This document shows, one piece after another, positions 19,361 to 28,402 of a DNA stretch of 64,000 nt (within the stretch, counting starts at the first letter, position 1; every line of letters starts with the position of its first letter). The stretch is taken from contig CAXXKM010000001.1 of the NCBI GenBank assembly GCA_963664435.2, forward strand, positions 1,504,001 to 1,568,000, read 5' to 3'. Source of the DNA: Longimicrobiales bacterium. GTDB lineage: Bacteria; Gemmatimonadota; Gemmatimonadetes; Longimicrobiales; Gaopeijiaceae. The translations under genes and the position numbers were made by a program. A model generated the notes under the pieces. It saw only the letters and a list, made by a program, of their open reading frames with translations, did no database searches and was not told the DNA's origin.

Positions 19361-19933
19361 ATGAGCAAACGCGTGACTCTCTTGCTGGCTCTGGCGCTGC
19401 AAACCTGCTCCGTCCTCGATCCCGAAGACCGGTCCACCTTCAGGATCGAATTGGGGGGAGACGGGACCCGTAGAGGCCCGGACGACGGCGAGGTTATCCA
19501 TATCAATAACTCGCCGGACGACCTGCGCGGGATGGCAGGCCTCGAAATCGAACTCGTCGGCATCGACGGCCTTCCCTCCACGATGACAGGTACTGACTTC
19601 CGAGAGGGGCGCGAATGGGAGACCGATGTCCCGTCGTCCGGCACTGTCGGCTTCACGGCGAGGCTCCTAGATGGCGAGGGTCGCCTCGTCGCCGAGATTG
19701 CCGGTTCGTGGAACCTTGAGGCGGAGAGCAGTTGGAGGCTCCGAATAGAGCGCATGACGGAGCGTAGCGGGGACCAGGAGAATCGGTGCCCGGACCCATG
19801 GGACAGGTGTCACCGTCTATGGGAGGCCCCGATCCGAGAAGACGTGCGAAACTACCCATCGGAAACTCTGTGGGCCACGCTCTTCCGCGTCTCAACGGAA
19901 TACTCCTGCCCGAAGGGTGTCCTCTGCATGTGA
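19361..19933 (+). CDS. Hypothetical lipoprotein (paralog 2)
   Basis: Lipobox-like LQTC; shares AG(I/L)E(V/I)E, DVP.SGT, NYP.ETLW and CP.GV.C with the upstream gene. Confidence 0.75.
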   Translation: MSKRVTLLLALALQTCSVLDPEDRSTFRIELGGDGTRRGPDDGEVIHINNSPDDLRGMAGLEIELVGIDGLPSTMTGTDFREGREWETDVPSSGTVGFTARLLDGEGRLVAEIAGSWNLEAESSWRLRIERMTERSGDQENRCPDPWDRCHRLWEAPIREDVRNYPSETLWATLFRVSTEYSCPKGVLCM

Positions 19934-20682
19934 CCAAGCACAGTCCCCCGCCGGCCCTTGGCCCCGGCCGTGCCGGACGGACTTGTGGGTCGGCAGCCCG
20001 ACGTAGCCGTAGGCGAGCACCGACGGGGGCGTTCGACAAGCCGTTGGCCGCGGCCTTCCTCGGCTCCCGTACGCCCCCGGACAACCTCGAACGAGCGATT
20101 GGCACCGGGCGGTCCGCAAAGCACGCCTTGAGATGTCACTGGCATCTTCATCTGCGGCACCGGGATCATCCACTTCCCGCCGCCCATGTCGAAGTCCTCT
20201 CAGCGTCCGGGCCTCGGACTCGCATGCGCGGCCAGCCAAGATGAACCCCTTTGCGGAGCAGATCCGGAGAGTATTGCCCTTTGGGTCACCGAAGCGTGAA
20301 AGGCAGCACGATCGAACGAGCCGAAACACCGGAGGAGACGCACGTAGTCAGGTTCATCCACCCCACTGCGTAACTGATGCCCGTGCCTACCCCTGGCCCA
20401 TCGATGGCGCAAGCGATCTCCTCCTCCAGTACGTCGGTGGCACAAGCGACCGCCCGGCCCTCGACTGCGGAAGCGGAGATGAAGTGGCTGGCAGAATGGG
20501 GGGTCGGAAACGCGAATCCGCGCAGCCGTTCAGCTGACGCCGGGCCCCGGGCCCGGGATGACCCTCGCGTCAGAACGGCCACGCCGCCAGGTCGGCGCCA
20601 ACGCGGACGAACGACTGCCTCGGCATGGTTCCCGACGGGCTGACGAACCCGGCCTCCGGCCGTGCTCCCGCCGCTCGAGTTT

Positions 20683-20748
20683 CCGCGGGAACGTCGGCCG
20701 TGGGAACGTCGGCCGCGAGAACGTCGGCCGCGGAAACGTCGGCCGCGG
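20683..20748. repeat. 15-nt tandem repeat x4 just past the TonB receptor stop
   Basis: ccgcgggaacgtcgg, ccgtgggaacgtcgg, ccgcgagaacgtcgg, ccgcggaaacgtcgg. Confidence 0.85.
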
Positions 20749-20752
20749 GCCG

Positions 20753-23700
20753 CTAGAACACCCTGTACGTCGCCGACAGCTTGACGCGGCGGCCCTTGGC
20801 GCTGTGGGTGAAGCCGTCGAAGGACTGTTCCCACTTCACGTAGGGCGGAGCGACATCGAGCAGATTCAGCAGCGAGAGCGAGATCCCCAGCCCCCTCGAG
20901 GGACGCCAGAGCCCGGTCGCGTCCAGCGTCACGAAGCTGCCGATGTCCTCGTACTCGCTTCCCTCTTCGTCGTGGTCCTTGTAGGACGAGATGTAGTTGA
21001 TGTACCCGACCACACTGTAGTCCGACCAGCCGTAGCTTCCGAACAGTCTCGCCTTCAGGCTCGGGAGGGGTGGAGCGATGGGGTTGTACTTGTTCAGGCG
21101 CCCGGCGCCTTCCGAATCAGGCGCGATGTCGACACCGCCGACGTTTACCGCCTCGATCGAGTACTTGTTGGTGTACGTCGCCTCGAGTCCGGCGTTGAAG
21201 ATGCCCTCTCCGGCCTGGGAACGAGCGTTCAGCTGAAAGTCGAAGCCGGAGGTCTTTACGCCGGGCCAGTTGATGAGGTCGACGTGGATGCGTTCGATGC
21301 CCGTGACGTCGCAGGTGCCGGTGCCGCGCCCGTCCGAACAGGTGACGTACTGCTTGATCGCGTCCCTGGCGCCGCCGCCCTCGTGGTATAGCCGGGTGAT
21401 GGCGTTGTAGGGCACCACCGCGATCACGTCCTTGAAGTCGTAGCTCCAGTAGTCGGCGGTGAACTGAACCGGGACGAAGCCCGATTCGTCGGCGATCGAC
21501 AGGACGAAGCCGGCGTTGTAGGTGAACGCCTGCTCGGGCGCGAGGTCCTCGCTCCCGTAGGTGTCGACCGCCTTGTAGACGCCCGCCTCGTTCACGTACG
21601 CGAGCGCGGTCGTGCGGTCCTCGTTCAGGTCGTCGACCGAGGGCGTGCGGAAGGTGGTCTGCAGCGAACCGCGCAGCGCGAACTGGTCGGTTATGTCGTA
21701 GCGAATCGCCACCTTCGGGTTGAAGCTGCTGGCCACGCTGTAGAACTCGTAGTTGGCGGCCAGCTGCACGTGCAGGCGCTCGTCCGCCAGGTGCAGGGGG
21801 AGCTCGCCGAAGAACCGGTGCACCGTCTGGCTGGCCTCGTAGGGGTAGACCCCGGTGGTGAATGTGAACGGGCCGGCCTTCTCCAGGCAGGCGCGGCTGC
21901 CGAGCACCGAGCACGGGTTCTGGTTCAGGTTGCCGGCTGCGTTCGGGTTCGCCGAGACGTCGAACCAGCGGAACTGGTATCCCAAAGCGTAGTTCTCGGC
22001 CGCGCCGCTGCTTCCCGTGAAGGTCGCGTCGGCGACCAGCATGTCGGCGGCACTCTCGACATCGACCTCTTCGTTGATCCAGGCGAGCAGCTCGGGGTCG
22101 TTCGCCAGCCCCGGTGAGAAGTCGGGGTTGGCCTCGGTGAGGAAACGCGCGCCCGGTTGCTGCGAGTACTGGAGGGCGTTGCTGAACGGATTGTAGAACT
22201 GGCAGTTGCCCTGGCCCGCCATGCTTCCCCCGGTGGGCCCCAGCGCCATGCCCGAGGGCGAGCCGGGATCCGCGACCACATCCACCCCGCAATCGGGTCC
22301 GCCGTAGCCGCGGAAGGCGAGGAACTTGCGGTAGGCGTATTCGGCGGGCTGGTTCACGTTGCCCGAGGAGCGGGAGTAGCTGACGGCGACGTTCAGCCGG
22401 TTGTCGTGCCCCTCGAGGGCATCGAGTCCCCGATCCCAGGAGGCGGACACCCGCTGGGTCCGCGAATTCCGCTCGAGCGTCCGGCCGGGCCCGGAGTGCC
22501 CCACCAGCCGTCCGAAGAAGTACCAGTCGTTCTGCAGGCACTCGGCGCTGGACATGAACCCCGCGCTGGCTGCGTGCTGCCCGCAGAAGGCCTGCCGCCC
22601 CGGGTTCTCCGAGGGGACGACCTGCAGCCCGTCGTAGGGGCTGATGGGCGGGAACGAAGGCGTCGTCACCCAGGCCGGCGTCGATGCCTCGGCCCAGAGG
22701 CCCTCGATGTGGTAGCTGGAGTTGTCACCGACCTCCCCGTTGATTTCGGCGAAGGCGCGGAAGTGGTTGTTCTGCTCCAGCAGGTTGTCCCAGGGCTGGT
22801 AGCGGAACCGGCAGGTGTAGGTTTCGAGGTAGCCGCCGAAGTCGAGGCAGCGCGGATCGATGAAGATGTCGTCGTCCGAGAAGTGCGCGCCCGACAGGGT
22901 TGCAACCAGGTCTTCGGCGCTCTCCATGCCGGTCGTGTGTGGCGTGAGGAACGCGCCCGGGTTGCCGGTCCAGGACCATGCGCCGGCGCCCGCCTCGTAG
23001 TCGTGCAGCGCCCAGTCCCGCTCCTCCGGAGTCAGCTGCTGGCGGGTCAGCCATTCGGCGGAGAGAACCGCGTGCGCGCGCTCGCCCAGCCGCCGTCCCA
23101 CGATCCCTCCCACGTTGGTGTCGCCCGCGCCGGCGAAGTACTCGTGCGAGGCGGTCACCTCCGTCCCCTCGAAGTCGCCGCGGGTGAGAAAGTTGGCGAC
23201 CCCGGCCACGGCGTCCGATCCGTAGATGGCGGACGCACCCTCCTTCAGGACCTCGATGCGGTCGATGGCGATGGACGGAAAGGAGTTGATGTCGACATAC
23301 CGTCCGCCGATGAGGCGGGCCGGGAGATAGACCTGGCGCCGGCCGTTCAGCAGCACGAGAGTCCGCGACGCCCCCAGCCCGCGCAGGTTCACGTTGGCCA
23401 CGGTCTCCGGGACGGCGGCGACTTCGTTGGCGTTGTACCAGCTCTGCCGCTCGCCGACCACTCCGTGGCTGACGCCGAGCGCCTTGAAGAACTCGGTCAC
23501 GAGCGGAAAGCCTTGTTCCTCCAGCTTGCGGCGGGCCGCCACCGCCACCGAGTAGGGCAGCTCCGTGGCCGCGGTCTCCGCGCTGGTGCCGGTCACCACC
23601 ACCTCGTCGAGCTCGAGGGCGGTGAAGCTCAGCCGCAGGTCGACGGTGGTGGCCTCCCCGGGAGCCACGGTGACCCCTTCGGTCGCCGCCAGGTAGCCGA

Positions 23701-23956
23701 GGATGTTGGTGGAGAGCTGGTGCGCTCCGGCCGGCACGTCCTGGATCGAGTACCGCCCCTCCTCGTCCGTTACCCCCCCGATGCCCAGCGCCTCGATAAA
23801 GACCTGTACGCCCGCGATGGGCTCGTCGTCGGCGTCGTCGACAACGGTTCCCTCGATGGTGCCGGGGGCTTGCCCCAGGGCCGGACTTGCGGATAGAGCG
23901 GCCAACAGCGCCGGTACGCACCACACACGCGAAAATCGTGAGAACCACCTGTCCAT
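20753..23956 (-). CDS. TonB-dependent receptor with N-terminal carboxypeptidase-regulatory-like domain
   Basis: SD GGAGGAGG; LDEVVVTG, NLRGLG..RTLVLLNGRR, RIEVLKEGASAIYGSDAVAGV.NF; terminal F. Confidence 0.95.
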   Translation of the reverse strand: MDRWFSRFSRVWCVPALLAALSASPALGQAPGTIEGTVVDDADDEPIAGVQVFIEALGIGGVTDEEGRYSIQDVPAGAHQLSTNILGYLAATEGVTVAPGEATTVDLRLSFTALELDEVVVTGTSAETAATELPYSVAVAARRKLEEQGFPLVTEFFKALGVSHGVVGERQSWYNANEVAAVPETVANVNLRGLGASRTLVLLNGRRQVYLPARLIGGRYVDINSFPSIAIDRIEVLKEGASAIYGSDAVAGVANFLTRGDFEGTEVTASHEYFAGAGDTNVGGIVGRRLGERAHAVLSAEWLTRQQLTPEERDWALHDYEAGAGAWSWTGNPGAFLTPHTTGMESAEDLVATLSGAHFSDDDIFIDPRCLDFGGYLETYTCRFRYQPWDNLLEQNNHFRAFAEINGEVGDNSSYHIEGLWAEASTPAWVTTPSFPPISPYDGLQVVPSENPGRQAFCGQHAASAGFMSSAECLQNDWYFFGRLVGHSGPGRTLERNSRTQRVSASWDRGLDALEGHDNRLNVAVSYSRSSGNVNQPAEYAYRKFLAFRGYGGPDCGVDVVADPGSPSGMALGPTGGSMAGQGNCQFYNPFSNALQYSQQPGARFLTEANPDFSPGLANDPELLAWINEEVDVESAADMLVADATFTGSSGAAENYALGYQFRWFDVSANPNAAGNLNQNPCSVLGSRACLEKAGPFTFTTGVYPYEASQTVHRFFGELPLHLADERLHVQLAANYEFYSVASSFNPKVAIRYDITDQFALRGSLQTTFRTPSVDDLNEDRTTALAYVNEAGVYKAVDTYGSEDLAPEQAFTYNAGFVLSIADESGFVPVQFTADYWSYDFKDVIAVVPYNAITRLYHEGGGARDAIKQYVTCSDGRGTGTCDVTGIERIHVDLINWPGVKTSGFDFQLNARSQAGEGIFNAGLEATYTNKYSIEAVNVGGVDIAPDSEGAGRLNKYNPIAPPLPSLKARLFGSYGWSDYSVVGYINYISSYKDHDEEGSEYEDIGSFVTLDATGLWRPSRGLGISLSLLNLLDVAPPYVKWEQSFDGFTHSAKGRRVKLSATYRVF

Positions 23957-24095
23957 TCCCGGCCTCCTCCGTCTCGGAGCGATGTCACATCTCGCCTTGG
24001 AGCGACGTTCGCTGCCCCGCAGCGATGTCCTGGCCTGGACTGGCGAGCTTACGCTCGGCTACGGGAATGTCGCAAACAAACGTCGTTTTCGTCGC

Positions 24096-24105
24096 TGTTT
24101 AAACA
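24096..24105. promoter_or_regulatory. Possible operator palindrome upstream of the TonB receptor
   Basis: Perfect palindrome TGTTTAAACA in an AT-rich patch. Confidence 0.35.
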
Positions 24106-24171
24106 CAAGATAGTGCCCGGCGCCGTGGAGGGCACTAGGGCGCCGGTAAGCTCCTCGAGCAGCTGGTACCG

Positions 24172-24579
24172 CTACCGGTTGGCTTCGATCACCACCCGTT
24201 CCAGGGACTCGCGGGCGACGCCGAGCTCGACTTCGCCGGGGGGCAGGCCGTTCAGCTGCAGGATGTAGGCGATGACGTCGGCGTACTGCTGAGGAGGGAG
24301 CGAACCCGGCTGGTCTTCCGGCATGAGCGAGTAGATGTCGTCGTAGAGCGCCGCCACGCTGGCGCCGGCCCAGGAGCGGATGAAGGCGCCGACGAACTCC
24401 TCGTCGTCGTGGCACTCGCGGCAGACATCCTCGATGACCTCGGCGCCGCGCAACGCCTGCTCTTCGGTGTAGACGCCGTCGAGGGTGGTGAGCCTCTCTT
24501 CGGTCTGGCCGACGGCGGGCCGGGCCGCCGCCAGGCAAAGCAGCACTGTGGTTGCAAAGAGTGCTCCGGTCCGTTTCAT
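24172..24579 (-). CDS. Periplasmic monoheme cytochrome c
   Basis: Signal peptide; GVYT.EQA.RG, CRECH, MP.DQPGSL, AYIL..NG. Confidence 0.9.
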   Translation of the reverse strand: MKRTGALFATTVLLCLAAARPAVGQTEERLTTLDGVYTEEQALRGAEVIEDVCRECHDDEEFVGAFIRSWAGASVAALYDDIYSLMPEDQPGSLPPQQYADVIAYILQLNGLPPGEVELGVARESLERVVIEANR

Positions 24580-24832
24580 ATCTCGCCCCCGCGATGCTCG
24601 ATGTTGATTCAGCACAGAACTTTAACGTCGTATCGCGGGCTCCTGCCGGTCAAGGCTCGCCGGCCGGGTCTCCCGCTCCGTTCAACCCGGCCGGCCACTC
24701 CGGTTCATGCGCCCGGTCGAAACGACCATCAAGGCGGCCCGTAAACGGAAACTGATTAGTATTGTCGTCACGGTGAACGCCGGCTCGGATTCCGGGGACC
24801 GGCACGCCATCCATGACCGGAGAGGGGCTCCC

Positions 24833-25294
24833 TTGGAAATCGCGGTCCTGTCCTCGGCGTTCGCGGCCTCCGTGGCCAGCGGGCTGGTGCCGTTCGTGAA
24901 CGCGGAAGTGGTAGTGGCGGCGGCGGCTGTCGCGGTACCCGGGCCCCAGGTGTGGCTGGTGGTCACGGTGTGTTCGCTGGGCCAGATGATCGCCAAGGCC
25001 GCGCTCTACGCGTTGGCCCGCTGGCTGCCCCAGAAGCTGCCGGCCCGGGCGACGCGCCACCTCGAGCGGGCTTCCGAAAAGACCAGGCGACTCGAGCAGG
25101 CCGGATGGACACTGATTCTGGTCAGCGCATTCGTGGGGCTGCCGCCCTTCTACGTGATCTCGCTGGCGGCGGGTATCGTGCGCACCAACTTCGCCGCATT
25201 CCTGGCGCTGGGCTTCGCGGGCCGCTGGGCACGATTCGCCATCCTGGCGTACGGGGCGGCCGCCGCGGGCGGGGCGATCCAGGGGGGAATGTGA
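24833..25294 (+). CDS. VTT/DedA-family membrane protein
   Basis: P..NAE, GQM.AK..LY, SA.VGLPPFY, F...GR..RF; TTG start inferred from a purine-rich SD. Confidence 0.75.
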   Translation: MEIAVLSSAFAASVASGLVPFVNAEVVVAAAAVAVPGPQVWLVVTVCSLGQMIAKAALYALARWLPQKLPARATRHLERASEKTRRLEQAGWTLILVSAFVGLPPFYVISLAAGIVRTNFAAFLALGFAGRWARFAILAYGAAAAGGAIQGGM

Positions 25295-26094
25295 GCGCCT
25301 CGGCGGACATGGAGCGGGCGCGACGGCTCGTGCGGGGGGCGGGGCGGGTGGTCGCGCTCACCGGCGCGGGCATCTCGGCCGAGTCGGGCGTGCCCACCTT
25401 CCGCGACGCGGGCGGGCTGTGGCGCAACTTCCGGCCGGAGGAACTCGCCACCCCGCAGGCGTTCGCGCGCGACCCGCGCACCGCGTGGGAGTGGTACGAC
25501 TGGCGACGGTCGGTGCTGGCCGGGTGCGCTCCCAACCCGGGGCACCGCGCGCTGGCGCGCTTCTTCCTCGGGCGCGGCGCGGCCGGGCTGGTGACCCAGA
25601 ACGTGGACGGGCTGCACACCCGCGCGGCGCTGGAGGCGGCGGCGGGGCGGTCGGGGCCGGAGCCGGGGCAGGCGGAGGCGGCGGCGGGCCCGGCGGAGGC
25701 GGCAAGAGCGGCGCTTCCGGTCGAGCTGCACGGGGCGGTCGGGCGGGACCGCTGCAACCGCTGCGAGGCGCGCTTCCCCGCCGAGCCCCTGGGCGACGCA
25801 CTGCCCCGGTGCGACTCATGCGGTGGCCTGCGCCGCCCGGACGTGGTGCTCTTCGGCGAGTCGCTGGAGGGGGACGTGCTGGCCCGCGCCTATTCGTTGG
25901 CCGAGCGCGCCGACCTCTGCCTGGTGGTGGGCACCAGCGCGGTGGTGTACCCGGCGGCGGCGATCCCGCTGGCGACTCTGGAGGCCGGTGGCAGCCTCAT
26001 CGAAGTGAACCTGGAGGACACCCCGCTCACGCGATCCGCCACGGTGGCGCTGCGGGGGGCGGTGGGGGAGGTGCTCCCGGCCCTGCTGGGCTGA
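25291..26094 (+). CDS. cobB: NAD-dependent protein deacylase (sirtuin, class III-like)
   Basis: GAGISAESGVPTFR, WY..RR, TQNVDGLH, ELHG, two CxxC, RPDVVLFGE, VGTSA.VYPAA. Confidence 0.93.
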   Translation: MSASADMERARRLVRGAGRVVALTGAGISAESGVPTFRDAGGLWRNFRPEELATPQAFARDPRTAWEWYDWRRSVLAGCAPNPGHRALARFFLGRGAAGLVTQNVDGLHTRAALEAAAGRSGPEPGQAEAAAGPAEAARAALPVELHGAVGRDRCNRCEARFPAEPLGDALPRCDSCGGLRRPDVVLFGESLEGDVLARAYSLAERADLCLVVGTSAVVYPAAAIPLATLEAGGSLIEVNLEDTPLTRSATVALRGAVGEVLPALLG

Positions 26095-26127
26095 GAGCAC
26101 CTCCGGCGCGCCGGGCCGGGATGGCGT

Positions 26128-28200
26128 CTACCGGCGACCCGGGGTCACGGAGAGCAGCGGTGACTCGCCCACGACCCGGGGCGAGGCCTCCCGCAACACG
26201 CCGACATCCCTTGTGACGTCAATTGGGACCACCGCGCGCGATCTGTAATCACCGGTGGTGGAACTGCCTTCGACCGGGACGCCGTTGACTTCGATCCAGT
26301 CAAACAGGCCGGTGTTGACATTGCTCGTCTCGTCCTCGCTTTCTGCCAGAACGTCCCGGAGATTGATCATCCAGAGACCCACTCCCGCGAGATCGGTCGG
26401 GAACCAGTCCGGTAGGTTATTGAATTCGAGAATCGCTTCATCCCCGGCGAGTACCCGCAATCGGATTCCAGTCAGGTCAACCGTGATTCGGGTCAACTCC
26501 GCGCTGGCTGTGTTGATGAGCTCCGAGACGCCGTAGGCGCCGTCGATATAGTACCAGCCTGCACCTTGGCTCCCCTCTGTATCGTAGATTGCGAAGCGAT
26601 AGTTTGTCGGCACGGGGCCATCGTTGAAATTCAGAGTCCAGTCGCCGATGCCTACCCGGAAGGCCTGGATTCTTGCATCACCCGTCGAGAAGACCAGCGC
26701 CGTGGATGCGCTATCGCTCGCTTGACCCATGCTGACACCTACCTCCCAACTTGTGATCGATGCACTGATTATGTGCTCGGCTGCTGCCAACAGCGTCGAG
26801 TCGGTATCCGACAAGCGCAAAGTCCCGTCCGACACTTCGGCCTGAGAGCCCTCGGTGTCCCAGTCGGAAAGGCTGCTGTCGTCCTCGAAGTCGTCGCGGA
26901 AGATGGCTTGCGCGGTGTCGATCACCGTGAGATCGAAACTGGTTGACGCCGAAAGCCCACCCGGATCGGTCGCCGTGACCGTGCCGGTGGTCGCCCCGAT
27001 CGTGAGGGCCGAAACTCGTACGACACTCCCGGTTACGGTGGCGCTCGCCACGCTCGAATCGGCCATCTCGGCAGAGTAGGTCAACGCGTCGCCGTCCGGG
27101 TCGGTGAAGAGCGGAGAGTCGCCCTCCAAGTCCAATGTCCCCGAAGTCCCCACGGTCAGCCTCGAGGGTCGAATCGTCCCTTCCACCTCAGGGGCCTGGT
27201 TTACCCGCTCGATCACCGTGACGGTACCGCTCAGCGAAGCCGTCAGGCCGTACGGATCCGTCGCCGTGACCGTCACCGTGGCCGTCCCGATGGCCACCGC
27301 GGTTACCGTCAGCGTCCCGCCTGATACGGAGACGGTCGCCACTCCGGCATCGTCCGATTCCGCCTCGTAGGTCAGTGCCTGTCCGTTCGGGTCGGTGAAG
27401 TACTGGGCGATATTCACCGTCTCGGAATTGCGCTCCTGAATGCTCTGAGAGGAAAGCGAGTCCCGGGTGGCTTCGGGCGGCAGGTTGGGCTCGACCGTCA
27501 CGGGTACGCTGAGGGAGCCGGACAGGCCGTCCGGGTCGGTCGCCGTGACCGTGAGCGTCGTCGATCCGGCACCCACCGCCGCGGCAGACACCACGGCGCC
27601 TGCCACGGTCACCGTGGCCACGGACGCGTTGGCGCTGGTCGCGGCGTAGGTCAGCGCGTCGCCGTCCGGGTCGGTGAAGAACGGCGACATGTCGACGTTG
27701 AGGGTGTCGCCCACGATGGCAGTCTGCGCGGGCGCGACCGGCACGGCCGGCACCGGCGCCCGGTTGGGCTCCATCACCGTCACGTTGGCGCCGGCCGCGA
27801 CGGAGAGCCCCGCGGGGTCGCGGGCGGTCACGGTGACCGTGGCGCTGCCGGCGGCCACGGCCGTGATGGTCAGGTCGGTGCCCGACAGCGCGACGCTCGC
27901 CACGCCCGCGTTGGAGGAGATCGCGGTAAAGGTCAGGGGATCGCCGTCGGGGTCGCTGAAGAGACCGCCCACGCTCACCGTAACCGACTCGCCCGCCGTC
28001 ATGTTCTGGGCCGGAATCGAGCCCGACGCCGCCGGCGGGCGGTTGGGCTGGGGCGCCGGCTCGGGGTCGGTTGTGCCTCCGTCTCCGCCGCAAGCGGCGG
28101 CCCAGATCACGGCCAGCAGAGCCAGCGGACGGACGAAGCGTCCCCGGAGAACTCCGGACGGCTGAACACCCGAATGAGTTGGGACACGTGAGCCTGTCAT
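26128..28200 (-). CDS. Surface lipoprotein with four cadherin/Ig-like repeats and a C-terminal beta-sandwich domain
   Basis: Lipobox AAAC; four N..P...F.DP(D/N)G..LT...TVTA.DP.GL units. Confidence 0.85.
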   Translation of the reverse strand: MTGSRVPTHSGVQPSGVLRGRFVRPLALLAVIWAAACGGDGGTTDPEPAPQPNRPPAASGSIPAQNMTAGESVTVSVGGLFSDPDGDPLTFTAISSNAGVASVALSGTDLTITAVAAGSATVTVTARDPAGLSVAAGANVTVMEPNRAPVPAVPVAPAQTAIVGDTLNVDMSPFFTDPDGDALTYAATSANASVATVTVAGAVVSAAAVGAGSTTLTVTATDPDGLSGSLSVPVTVEPNLPPEATRDSLSSQSIQERNSETVNIAQYFTDPNGQALTYEAESDDAGVATVSVSGGTLTVTAVAIGTATVTVTATDPYGLTASLSGTVTVIERVNQAPEVEGTIRPSRLTVGTSGTLDLEGDSPLFTDPDGDALTYSAEMADSSVASATVTGSVVRVSALTIGATTGTVTATDPGGLSASTSFDLTVIDTAQAIFRDDFEDDSSLSDWDTEGSQAEVSDGTLRLSDTDSTLLAAAEHIISASITSWEVGVSMGQASDSASTALVFSTGDARIQAFRVGIGDWTLNFNDGPVPTNYRFAIYDTEGSQGAGWYYIDGAYGVSELINTASAELTRITVDLTGIRLRVLAGDEAILEFNNLPDWFPTDLAGVGLWMINLRDVLAESEDETSNVNTGLFDWIEVNGVPVEGSSTTGDYRSRAVVPIDVTRDVGVLREASPRVVGESPLLSVTPGRR

Positions 28201-28402
28201 CACCGCATGCCTTGTTGGAGTGGCTGGAAGTTCTCGTTCATGCCGGCAAAGCCGGCGGTCCGGGTGCAACATCGTGGCAGCGTCCCTGAAAAGGGAAGCG
28301 GTTGTCGTCCAGCGCGATCGCACGCCCGAGCGACGTCATCCGCATATCCGGCCAGCGTCATCGCAACCCGGCCAGCGTTGCCGCGCACCCCGCCGGCGTC
28401 AC
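28200..28402 (-). other. Two chained bridging mini-ORFs (28402-28358, 14 aa; 28361-28200, 53 aa)
   Basis: GTGA overlap with stop 28399, ATGA overlap at 28358-28361, TGATG overlap with ATG 28200; degenerate ~21-nt repeats at 28348-28409. Confidence 0.4.

Noticed and set aside
9382..19933. Link between the ICMT-like enzyme and lipoproteins ending in Cys-X (prenylation-type system)
   Set aside because: The genes are about 9 kb apart, the ends are not CaaX, no prenyltransferase is seen, and ICMT-like genes are common in bacteria.
24659..24750. 11-bp hairpin and small GAAA-containing stems as a ribozyme or riboswitch
   Set aside because: No hammerhead CUGANGA core or recognisable aptamer consensus; GC-rich stems arise easily by chance.
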